From the NCBI GenBank assembly GCA_903813345.2, contig CAIIXF020000001.1, forward strand, positions 23,622,001 through 23,686,000: DNA of 64,000 nucleotides. The letters are read 5' to 3'. The stretch comes from Owenia fusiformis (taxonomy: Eukaryota). Positions 27,501 to 37,885 of this stretch are shown here, piece by piece (within the stretch, counting starts at the first letter, position 1; each line of letters starts with the position of its first letter). The notes below the pieces were generated by a model that was given only the letters and a program-made list of their open reading frames with translations, was not told the origin of the DNA and made no database searches. The translations under genes were made by a program, and so were the position numbers.

Positions 27501-28893
27501 TAAATTGTTGGTCATATTGCATGTTTACTGATTTCTTCTGAATGGTTCATTAAGAGCTCTTCTATACAATACCTAAGTACTATGCAGCATTCATTAATTC
27601 ATATGCTGACTTTTATTTTAACAATAAATGAACAAGTTTCAATAAAGGACCTCTCATTACAATTTACTTGGACATGGAATGTAGCTTTAAAAAGTAACTT
27701 TGATTACTGGGACACTGTACATGTATTTGATATAATGTACCTAAAAAATGAAATATTATCCAATAACAATAACACTTACCATTTGGAGGGCTTGGCAGTT
27801 TTCTTTTTGCCAAAGGAAATATTGAGCCTGATGGTTCCTGTTCGACCACTGGAAGTTTGTAGATGGGTGGTTTATTTGGCTTTTTGGGTGGCACACCTAT
27901 TTCTTTTGGAAGCTGCCGCATACGGTACCGCTTATTTTTACGTGGAGTATTCTTAATTGGATTTACATTGATTTCCTCTTCTGGCTTTGCTTTAGAGGTT
28001 GTTTGTTCTTTTTCGGAGTCAGTCTCCTTAAGTATTGCATTCTGAATTTCTTTAGATTGTTCACTATTATTGTTCTCCTTTGTATCAGCTGCAGTTGATT
28101 GCTCAATATGTGACTGTGAAAATTTAAATTTTGGAGGTATCACCTTTACATTTTCAGCATCAGATGAAATATTTGTTTTATTATTGTCTTTGACACTTTT
28201 CTCTGCCTCTATTTGTGAAAGAGCCACACTTTCTATTTCATTGAATTGTTTTACAGCTTCAGGACTCAACCCTGGTTCATTTTCTTTGGACTCATCAGCA
28301 GCCTTAACAACAATCCCATTTTGATCACGAGTAGTTGCACTAGATTTATCACCATTAATACTGTTCTGATTGCTACCTAATTTATATGAAGCTGCTATGT
28401 CTTTTAATTTGGGTTTTTGAGAGTCTGGGATATACTTACTACCTCTATGTAAAGATTTATCCGGTGGTTTGATTGGCTTTGTGCTTCTTGATACTGGGAT
28501 TGGTTTTGGCTTGGGAGAGGGATTCTGCCCTTGTGTATCATTCTGAGTAAAAACACCAGCAATCTTAAGTGTGCTCCCTCGTTTGGGTAACTCTTTACAT
28601 TCCTTTTCGACTTTATCGATATGTTCTTTATTGACTGTTACTGATTTGACTGCTGCAGTTGATATTCCAGGTTTCTTTTCAGGTTTATCCCCAGCTGGAC
28701 TTGCCTTTGGCGAAATTATGGGTTTCTTTGTTGGAATGCTAGGTTTTGTTCCAACTGCTGGTTTGGGGGTTATTACTGGTTTAGCTGACAGATCAGGTTT
28801 AGGCTTTAAAGATGGCAGTGGATCTGGTTTCTCATCTGGTGATTGTTCGAGAAATTTGGCTTGGAGGGCCTTGAACTTATTTGGGGATGCCAT
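15600..28893 (-). CDS. FYB1: FYN-binding protein / ADAP-like adaptor (Pro-rich N-terminus, acidic Tyr motifs, K/E coiled coil, helically extended SH3), about 758 aa
   Basis: Minus-strand exons, all phase-consistent: 28893-27780, 26450-26162, 25787-25755, 24075-23981, 23649-23541, 20678-20495, 20119-20045, 19656-19497, 19114-19062, 17172-17102, 15924-15854, 15622-15600 (TAA); total 2277 nt. The segment KEKELKTKFKFEGEEIVIH..DLDLKTGDVVWIIRMDHNPPGKWLAKTQDAKYGYV resembles the ADAP hSH3 domain. The last three exons are less certain. The gene symbol names the family, not proven orthology. Confidence 0.82.
17198..17270. repeat. Degenerate (CATGA)n pentamer microsatellite
   Basis: cacatgacatgacagtgacatgacacaa..catgacatgac. 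Confidence 0.6.
19690..19940. repeat. Degenerate 15-bp minisatellite (TACAATCAAGGGGTG-like)
   Basis: Recurrent gtacaatcaaggggt / caatcatgggg units next to the hSH3 exon acceptor. They generate the spurious IVYPL/IVHPI ORF repeats. Confidence 0.8.
21553..22200. mobile_element. Foldback-type non-autonomous element with 16-bp subterminal tandem arrays and 8-bp TSD
   Basis: (CAACTCGTACCCAAGA) x4 at 21563-21625 and about 5 inverted copies at 22113-22190. CTATGAAT is duplicated at 21545-21552 and 22201-22208. Confidence 0.88.
22290..22563. mobile_element. piggyBac-like MITE (copy 1)
   Basis: TTAA|CCTCTTG ... CAAGAGG|TTAA; aligns by eye with 40248-40532. Confidence 0.85.
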
Positions 28894-29417
28894 CTCTGTG
28901 TTTCAATATCTTTTTAGCTGTCAGCCTGCAAAATATATGAGAATAATAGGAATATAGTGGAATGGTTATGTGAATATTGCACAAGGCTGCGGTCAGAATT
29001 AACATGCATGTATAGCTTTTAGCCAGTCACTTCAAGGGTATGATGAATATAGTTATTGTTTTAAAGCTTGTGGAGACACAGCAACAACAAGAACAGCATT
29101 ATGCACAGAAACAGCTCAATTGATAGTGGTTAGTGAACAAACCCTTTTATCACCTGATTATTTTCTCAAATTTTTATCTTGATTTTGTTACTCAAGTCGG
29201 GTGTGCGTCTTTTAGAGAGAATATGGTCTAGACTACCATGGTAAATAAATGCTAACACCTACTGATAAATTTTCCTTCTATTATCAAAACAGTTGGCTTT
29301 GAGGGAAATCCTTAACTTAATGGTATCTCTATTAGATATGACTTCAAATCTACAGGTCTAATGGTATTTTCTCACTGTTAGTGTTATAGGTTCTTATATA
29401 TGCTAAAATTAATAGCT

Positions 29418-31921
29418 AGAAAAAAGCAAGGAAATTGACACATGCCTTCATACTTTATTTTGTACCAGAAAATAACATGTGCAGGTATAGCAATTTTTTA
29501 CCAAAATATTATTTTCCAGCTGTACCTTAACATGGTAGAGAAGCATCAAAATATAAAAGGTTAGAGTAGATTTCATGGCCTGACTTCGTCGGTAGAACTT
29601 GAAAAATAAGATTTACCTGAAGATTAGGAGTCTTACTCACCTCTAGAGAATAGAACACACATTTTAATGAAACCACATCAGCTATGTTTTGTTCATGATG
29701 AAGCATAAGCACAGTACTTGATTGAATTTTGTGTTGATGCTTTTTGGACTTTTCCATTTTCCTCATTTTTACTTCCGGGACAGTGTTGCCTCTATCACGA
29801 AATACTGTATTGACCTCGAACTTTAATTTTGTGACATATCATCCAACCATGTCTGATGTAAAAATAATTAAAATATTTGAAAATAATGTTTAGTGGTCTC
29901 TTTTGCAGACGAGTTTAGGACAGGGCAGAGGAGGATAGCCTGTTCTAAGATAGAAAAAGTGCCTGATCTACAGTTGAACTATTGGTCTGAATGAAATGCT
30001 GTGCGGAAAGTATGAATGGGCCGTCTGCTGTATTAGTCTATTAATATTCTAGGACCTGTTTGTGATGCTTTATAATTTAGACCAAAGTGTAGACGAATAC
30101 ACGCACGTGTAAATTATAAAATCAACGAACAAAGATTCAATTTTCACAAAATGTTCGGTAATTTATCGTATTGCAACTTCCGGAACTTACTAGGAAATCA
30201 TTCATTTTCACGATCCATAATTTACCTCTTGGATATTGTGCTAAATGCTCTATATTTAACAACAAAGGTGATAGGGTTTCATTGAAATGTGTGTTCTAAC
30301 CTCTAGAGGGTAAGTAAGACTCCTAATCTTCAGGTAAATCTTATTTTTCAAGTTCTACCGACGAAGTCAGCCCATGAAATCTCCTCTTTGGGACATTAAT
30401 TAAATGTTAAAATTCAAGAACATATAGGCCTAGAATTGTTTTCATGGCCTGAGTTCGTCACTTACATGCTAAATATAAGAGTTAGCTGACGTTTGGGAGT
30501 CTGACTTACCTTCTAAAGATTAGAGCCCGAATCTTAATGAAACCATATCACCTTTGTTCCATCAACCATGGAGCATTTGCCACAACATCCAAGAGGTAAA
30601 TCATTGACCGTGAAAATGAATGATTTCCTTGTAAGTTCCGGAAGTTTCAATACGAAAAATTATCGAACATATGTGAAAACCGAATATTTGTTCGTTGTGT
30701 TCACGATTTACAGGTTCGTTTGTTCTTCAATGTTTTGGTCTAAATTATAAAGCATCACCAACAGGTCTTACTCTATTAATCGACTAATACAGCAGATGGC
30801 TCATATTTCTACGTAGCATTTCGTTCAGACCAATAGTGGGAGTGTAGATCACGCAGTTTCGTTCGTTGCGTACTTCACTTGAAATTGGTAATTTTAAATA
30901 TTGGCTACTTCACTTAGCTTGGAGGATGTAGAACATTGCTTAGTATTCTTTTAATTTTCACACCAGACATGCTTGGTTGACACGTCAACAAAGTAAAGTT
31001 CAAGGGTCAATGCGTTATTTCGTGATAACTACAACGCCTTCCCGGAAGACAACATTGATGACAAATGAAAAAGTCGGAAAAGCATTAAGGTTCAGCTGGA
31101 AAGTAACATTTTGGTAAAAAATTGCTATACCTGCACATGTTATTTTCTGTTGTCTGGAAACTTTGAAAGAAAATTTGGAAAAATAGAGAGTGTGGAATTT
31201 TAGAATTTCCTGGAGTTCCCATTGAACCTAGACTATATCCTATTTAGTCTGAATTATATTCAGACTATAAGGCACCTATGTTAAAGTTTGGTAATTTTTA
31301 ATATTTGTTTACATAGGAAGTGCTATTCAAAATGGCCGATTTGGTAAAATTAATTTGCAAATTTTTACTTCAACTAGCCTTATTTCCACTTGACAATATG
31401 CTGTGTTACTTTTTATTGTATTTAATTGTACCTTACTACTTAATTGAAATTTTGTAATGCTCATTTTATTGAAGAAATGGTTCCTCTAATTGATAATTTT
31501 GTGCAAAAAATTTCACTGCAATTTCCACAGGAAAGTAGTACATCATAACAGACTGACTTCTAGTCAGTCTGTTGGATACATACTACCATTGAACCCCTAC
31601 TAGATATTCTTAAAGAAGGCAATGTAATGATACTTTCCTGAAAAAAGCAAGGCAATTGACACATGTCTGCATACTTTATTTTGTACAAGAAAATAACATC
31701 TGGTATAGCAATTTTTTACCAAAATGTTACTTTCCAGCTGTACCTTAACACTAATTTCTATCAAATGCTGTGTTTATGCATCATCATCGACGCAGCAAAG
31801 GTGATATGGTTTCATTAAGATTCAGGTTCTAACCTTTAGAAGGTAAGTCAGACTCCCAAACGTTAGCTAACTCTTATATTTAGCATGTTAGCGACGAAGT
31901 CAGGCCATGAAAACAATTCTA
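29418..31921. repeat. Complex inverted and direct duplication of one repeat family in FYB intron 1
   Basis: Inverted pairs: 29568-29675/30276-30382, 29980-30272/30547-30836, 29738-29873/30948-31084, 29468-29530/31087-31148, 30432-30556/31796-31921. Direct pair: 29419-29531/31640-31750. Boundaries are approximate. Confidence 0.85.
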
Positions 31922-32054
31922 TCTCAAAAAATTGAAAAACAGATGATGATAATTTTCTCGAATCACATTTCGTTCACTCATCTTCTATCAAAGCACTACA
32001 AAAACAATCTAACAAGACAGTATATATACTTACTATTATAAGAATAAAACTTAC

Positions 32055-32140
32055 TTGAATAGATTCTATATTGTAAGCCGATAAGGAAGGTAAAGAACAT
32101 ATTTCCTTCTTTTTACTTTTTACTTCCTTGTTGGCCAATA
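32055..32140 (-). promoter_or_regulatory. Candidate non-coding first exon / promoter of the FYB-like gene
   Basis: The ATG-containing exon has an acceptor at 28926-28927, so an upstream exon is required. A minus-strand donor (CAA|gtaagt) lies at 32050-32054, with an ETS-like ACTTCCT and a CCAAT at about 32122-32139. Confidence 0.35.
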
Positions 32141-32944
32141 TAGGTCATGACACACCCCAACTCCAGCAATATGGCCATTCTGGTGGCTGTGCTACTTGAG
32201 TCTAATTTACATTGCGAGGCTCTAGGCAAAGTTAATCTATAACCATCAAAAATGTATATAGATGCATGTGATCCCCGAAACATGTTCATGTAAGGAAATT
32301 ACCTTGTTTTGTTTTGTTTTGCAACTTAAATGTTATGCCATGGGGACCGATCAATATGCGCATGCCAGACTTTGGACCCACTTTGCCAGTTTATTGAACC
32401 TTAGTTAGGTTTAGTTTTATCACTATATAACATATAATAGCTTTATAATCATCAGGTATGTAAATTCTGGGAATTTGGTGAATCATAGTTTTAAAGAAAG
32501 TATTGCGATGATTTTCACTATTATTATGAGACTACTGTACACTGAGTTTTGTCAACGTACAGATTTTATGTTGTGGTTGTAGCATCTGATAGAGCCCATC
32601 GATGGTTGTAGTAAGAAATACTGGTGTTTCTCTGTTTTCCAATTCTTTGCTTTGGGCGTTGTCAGTTCATCTTATTATGTTACTCGGAAGGTGAATTGTT
32701 TTAGATTCCGATGCCCCATCCGCTAATTTTTCTTTGAGTCATTTATGATCTCGAATGAATAAATAAGAATCAGTGAAATAAAAAAATTTATATGGCATTT
32801 ATGAATGAGTCCGTCTCCACCAGTTAGTGCAATAGGGCGGCTGGTAAACTAATATCAACAGACGGCAGTAAGTATAGAGTTGTATTGTCGGACACGGGGC
32901 ATTGTCGAACGCCGTTTTCAATAGTTTTACGGAGTGGCTCCAGG

Positions 32945-34519
32945 ACCGACAATTGTCGGTACTGGAGACTGTCCAGGGGTATTTGCTGGGGTACCGACAA
33001 TTGTCGGCACTCTATCGTCACCTAGTAGTGCCAGATAGAGAACCGACAATTGTCGGTACGCAAGTGGCTGCTACGTGTTTTTGCTAGAGAGCCGACAATT
33101 TCATAAATAAATCCACTACTTTTACTGTTAGAGATAACCTCATCACTGGTAGTCTAGTGGTTAGCGAGCACGACTCGAACACGCTCGGTCCCGCGTTCGA
33201 ATCCCGGCAGGAACTATTTTTTTCTTTTGAGGGGGGAGGCATAGTGCTTCTTTTGCAGTATGGAATCGTACAGGCATTAACTTGTAGTGAGCCATAATTT
33301 ATTTCGACAAAAATTGATTCAACTTCCATCAAAATTGTCCTACAAGCTTCAATTAAAAACATTTTAAAGCTCTTTTCTTGTTCTATCTAATGGGTCGATA
33401 TATACAGTTAGGGGAGGGGATGCTTTTGCCCCCGTCGACCTCTACCCTTACTACGCCATGGCACAGGAAAAATAGGCTCATTTGGAATATATCACTGTTT
33501 ACTTTGCGTTTGGTAGCTCTCTCATTCGAGATGGAATCGTGGCCATTAACTCAGTGAGCCAAATGCAACTTCCATCAAAAATTGTGCTATAAGGTATGAG
33601 TACCGTAATCCAACACCAAATTCGAAAATTCATAACAATACTTTGCACATATGGCGTTCATGACCAACTATGAAACGCTTACCACCCATAGTGTTATATA
33701 TCAAAATGCACCTGTCCATATAGGGGTTCGATTGACCTACATCAAATTATAGGGAGTCAGGTTACTTTTTGAGATATCAGCGTCCGTTTATTGTAACTCG
33801 CGTTTGCTACCACTTCCTCAATTCTGATATGACGGGCAAACGCGTAGTAAACATGCTCACGTTCGGAACTATTTTGACCTACATCGCTATTTTCGTAATT
33901 CAAATGAAAGTTGAACTCCTCTTTATTTTGATACCAAATAGTGGCATACTGGGTACCCTAGAAGCCAACTATGGGTTATTTAGAACGATACCACAGGTTT
34001 TTAAATGGACTATATATACTTTTTGGCGGATGGATATGGAACCTCATACCATACGATAAGCTTCAAATAAAAAACATTCTAGCTATTTTCTTCTATCTAA
34101 TGGGTAGCAAACGCCCCTTTCTACGCCTGATCGGCTCAGGAGAAATATCTTGTCTGTTTAGCCGTTTACTCTGCATTAATAGCTCTCTAACGTCTTACTT
34201 GTTCATGTTTTTTATTGGGTTTTCAACGTTTACCACCATTCCCTGTTCCCGGCCTACCATTTTTTGACTGGGTTTGGTAATCCCCGGGTAACCGGGGCTA
34301 ATGCCCTCCCCGGATTTTGCACCTGTTCCCAAAATATCCGTATGATATCTGAAATATCCCCCGCGCATTGCGCATGCGCCAGAAAATTCGAAAATCAATA
34401 TTTGTCGGCCCTCTAGCGTGTAAACTCAGCATATCTCCCGTACCGACAATTTATTTGTCGGTCCTCTAGCGTGCCACCACATCAGAGTCTAGAGTACCGA
34501 CAATTGTCGGTACTCTAGC
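32945..34519. mobile_element. Putative composite element bounded by arrays of the palindrome ACCGACAATTGTCGGT
   Basis: Full or partial copies at about 32945, 32993, 33042, 33091, 34402, 34443 and 34496. gctagagagccgacaa (33083) is inverted with ttgtcggccctctagc (to 34418). Confidence 0.6.
33141..33223 (+). ncRNA. tRNA-like Pol III unit (tRNA pseudogene or tRNA-derived SINE head)
   Basis: A box TAGTCTAGTGG (33150-33160), B box GTTCGAATCCC (33195-33205) and a T7 run at 33217-33223. Acceptor and anticodon stems pair poorly, so it is not called a functional tRNA. Confidence 0.65.
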
Positions 34520-34772
34520 CTTTACGATAATTTTAACTCATGGTGACTTGCGGCATGATGTGGTATTTAACAACGTTGATGATGCCTTCTCTTTTGTATA
34601 AGGCTCATTCATGGAGCTTTTTGCAAGAATAGAATTATGTAATGAAGAAAAATAAGTAAGCTTACATGATAGTGATAACTAAAATATAGTTCTGTCCTGA
34701 ATTATAGACCACTGCAGCTAGGATGAAAAGATAGAACATTAAAGGATGGTCGAATGGAAATAAAGATCAGCC

Positions 34773-36471
34773 ATGGCGGGGAGTGTTTCTAGATTATCTG
34801 CTATAAGAAGACATATACTCTACCGTTTCATTCACAGCACATCCACCTCAAATGAAGCCAACTGTGACCGGGACTCTGATACGGCATTTGCATCTAGTTG
34901 GAACAATGAATATGTAAGTTTTAGGTCATCAAATGCAACACTAGTAGGAATCTGAGACCATCTACACTCACTGAGCAGGTTATATCAACCATTTTATTTT
35001 AATATTGCATTTGCATACATGCAATATTGGATTTCTTATAGTATTTTCAAATTTGTGCATTTTACAAATGTCGGTCGATCTAAGTTGAAAATAACAAATA
35101 AGTGATTATCATGCTTTAAATATTTAAAACTGATTGGTTGCAATTTTATGCGCTTGAATTTAACAATTTAAAGTACCTTTATCATTTGTACTAGACACTC
35201 ATATTTTAGATAAAAACACCGTACCATTTCTGATGGCTCAACCATTGAAAAAAAATTGTTGCGCGGATTGCAAAATGCCATGTACGATTCAGAAATGTAA
35301 CATACTCTCAATCTGGCAAGTCCCGGAGTCTTTCTTCTTTTATTTTGGCTTCAATATCATATTTTCAGAAATAATATCAACATAAATGATGAAAATCAAG
35401 GTTAGTTTAACAATATGTTCTTGATAATATGTTGTAGAAACTGCGTGAAAATGTTATCATCAGGACGATGAAGGAGGAAGACATTCCTGTCTTCGCTGCC
35501 TGGGTAGTTAGCTTGAAGTGGGGCTACACAGAGAGCATGGTGTCAGCCATTTGCAAGTATGACCTAAAAAGATGTTTTACAGCCACATCAACCAATGGGA
35601 AAATTCTTGGTAAGCCTTTACACTGTTAATAACAATTTACTAGAACCATCGCTAGAATTTTCTAGTGTTATTGTCCTTCCATTTGAACTTTTTACAAGGA
35701 GCATTTCAAAATTCTCGAACGCAATGATGAGTTTTGGGTTACTCAATCGAACATTATTTTTCAGGTCTCTATGCCGGTTGCGTCCAAACTCCCGAAAAAG
35801 CATTTGCTTCTTTATGCGTGGTGGATAGCGATGTGCGTGGTGGGTGTGTCCTCAAAGCCTTACAAATAAACTATACTAACAGCATTGGAAGTCAGAATGT
35901 CGCTTATGATGTTAGAAAACATCTTATTGAAACATACAAAAGTTTTCCCGGTACTGCTCTTTCATTTAAACGCAACTGCTACGAAGGCTTTCTAACTATA
36001 CCGGATGATAATGATAAGTCCCCAGGTGATGTCCGAGTTGTACCAGCTGATGAAGTCCACTTTGACAAACTGACCGAGTATGATGCCTCCATTGGCCAAG
36101 TCTATAGACCTACGTTTATCAAAGAGTATTGTTTTAATAATGAATCATATAGTATCATTGCTCAAAAGAAAGCGAATGAAATATGTGGGTTTGCAACCAT
36201 GCATTTTGCAAATGTTTACAACTTTATAGGACCGTATTATGCAGATGATGAAACCACTGCTAATGCATTATTGAACAATCTTCACAGTAAAGCAGACAAT
36301 AAAAAGAAGACCCAGATATTGTGTCCCGATCGTAACACATCTGGTTGTGCCTTAATAGAAAAATATGGGTTGTCACTCGTCACGTATTCACAGAGAATGT
36401 ACAACTTATTTGAACCAGAATTACCATTGAAACTGGTGTATGGGCTCCCACTAGGATTTGGCCCATTGTGA
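34773..36471 (+). CDS. Tandem GNAT-fold acetyltransferase with C-terminal YitH/Acetyltransf_18-like domain, about 339 aa
   Basis: Exons 34773-34913 (GCCATGG start, ends TAT|gtaagt), 35438-35609 and 35765-36471 (TGA); 1020 nt in frame. GNAT start VIIRTMKEEDI..W, then LTEYDASI..RPTFI, ICGFA..FIGPYYADDETTANALL..ILCPDRN..SQRMY, typical of YitH-like tandem GNAT proteins. Exon 1 is less certain than exons 2-3. Confidence 0.82.
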
Positions 36472-36703
36472 AGTATTTTAATTACATGAATGCTTAGTTA
36501 ATAAAGTGCCATATTAATCATAGCCTTTGTTCAAAGGAAGTAGAAAAATAGAGTGTCCGTTCACCATGAGTACGGTCTGGCCATAAATACAGGGTTTTTA
36601 TTGAAACAATTGAGACTTTAAGCAATGCATATAAAATCGGAACGTCAACTTGTACGCACAAGTTACACTATACAAATGAATGTAGTTTTCTCACATAAAT
36701 AAT

Positions 36704-37521
36704 CACAGGCTGGTATCGAAAGATTTGTCCGCTGTGACGGAGCATGCTATTTTTCATAAAAACATTAAGAATGCTTCACGATTTATTTTTTAACTCATAT
36801 GTTTCGTTATATCAAAGATAATTACTTACTCCATGCAATGGATATATCATTTGCGTGTAACCTTCACTTCTGTTTGAAGTCTAATAACGCTAGGAGTAAA
36901 ATCTATTGAAAACGGCGCCTAAAATGTACCATTTCTTTTTTAATTTTTTAATGGCATGATATAGTGACACGATAATATTAACATATGTTTTCACCATAAC
37001 TCTGAATGTATTAATGAAATATTAATGCATTGGGTCTTTTTAATTTTTTTATAAAAAATAATATTAATATTTTTTGTCTGCTGTGACGGAGCATTTTCAC
37101 AGTTCACATTTGCAACTGCTCCGTCACAGCGGACAAAAAAAATTAAACATTATTTTCTATAGAAGAATTAAAAAGACCAAATACATCAACATCTCATTTA
37201 TACCTTCATAGTTATGTTGAAACCATGTGTAAATATTATCGTGTCACTATATCGTGCCATTAGAAAGTTAAACAAGAAATGGTACATTTTGAAGTATGAT
37301 ACTCCGGTGCCATTTTCAATAGCTTTTCTTCCCAGCGTAATTGGACTTCAAACAGAAGTGAAAGTTACCCACAAATGATATATCCATTGCATGGAGTAAG
37401 TAATTTTGTATGGTATAACGAAACATGTGAGTTAAAAAATAAATCGTGAAGTATTCTTAGTGTTTTTATGAAAAATAGCATGCTCCGTCACAGCGGACAA
37501 ATATTTCGATACCAGCCTGTG
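36704..37521. mobile_element. 818-bp almost fully palindromic non-autonomous element, CAC termini, 5-bp TSD (Transib/RAG-like candidate)
   Basis: ATAAT|CACAGGCTGGTATCGAAAGATTTGTCCGCTGTGACGGAGCATGCTATTTTTCATAAAA with its inverse ending CCAGCCTGTG|ATAAT. The arms pair up to a centre near 37105. Confidence 0.9.
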
Positions 37522-37558
37522 ATAATCGTTCAGTTAGTGTTTACTTACAAAAAAATTG

Positions 37559-37885
37559 CTTCAAGAAAACATATTTGAGAGTTCAAGCTAGCTTACCCTT
37601 TGCATTCGTTTGATTTTTAACTAGACTCTGCACGCAGGGTAAAGTTAGCTAGCTATTTTTCTTCAAATACCCTATCATCTTCAGAGCTTTAGAACGTCGC
37701 GAAATTGCAAATCTCCCGTTCTAAACACAGCTCTGAAGCTTATAGGGGTATTTGAAGTAGACTAAGTAGCGCTTGTTTTGTATGCGCGAATACATTACTG
37801 TATTGATTCATTGGCTTTGCGTTCACGGTTCCGTTGTGAAAAATAGCTATAGCTAGCTTGAACTTTCAAATATGTTTTCATGAAG
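37559..37885. mobile_element. Foldback element with nested internal hairpin
   Basis: cttcaagaaaacatatttgagagttcaagctagct versus agctagcttgaactttcaaatatgttttcatgaag. Inner inverted repeat at 37661-37757 (cttcaaataccctat..cttcagagct / agctctgaag..ataggggtatttgaag). Confidence 0.7.

Noticed and set aside
27582..28957. Plus-strand ORFs (27582, 27863, 28070, 28571) and similar ones at 26243, 20381, 23950, 4245, 5041 and 41047
   Set aside because: They are antisense shadows of real exons.
32945..33105. CRISPR-like repeat-spacer array (palindromic repeats with about 32-nt gaps)
   Set aside because: Eukaryotic context, only 3-4 short 16-bp repeats, mirrored copies 1.3 kb away and no cas genes. TE subterminal repeats explain it better.
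33141..33214. Functional tRNA gene (Ser-CGA or Arg-TCG)
   Set aside because: The acceptor and anticodon stems do not pair properly, the anticodon is ambiguous, and there is no long variable arm for Ser.
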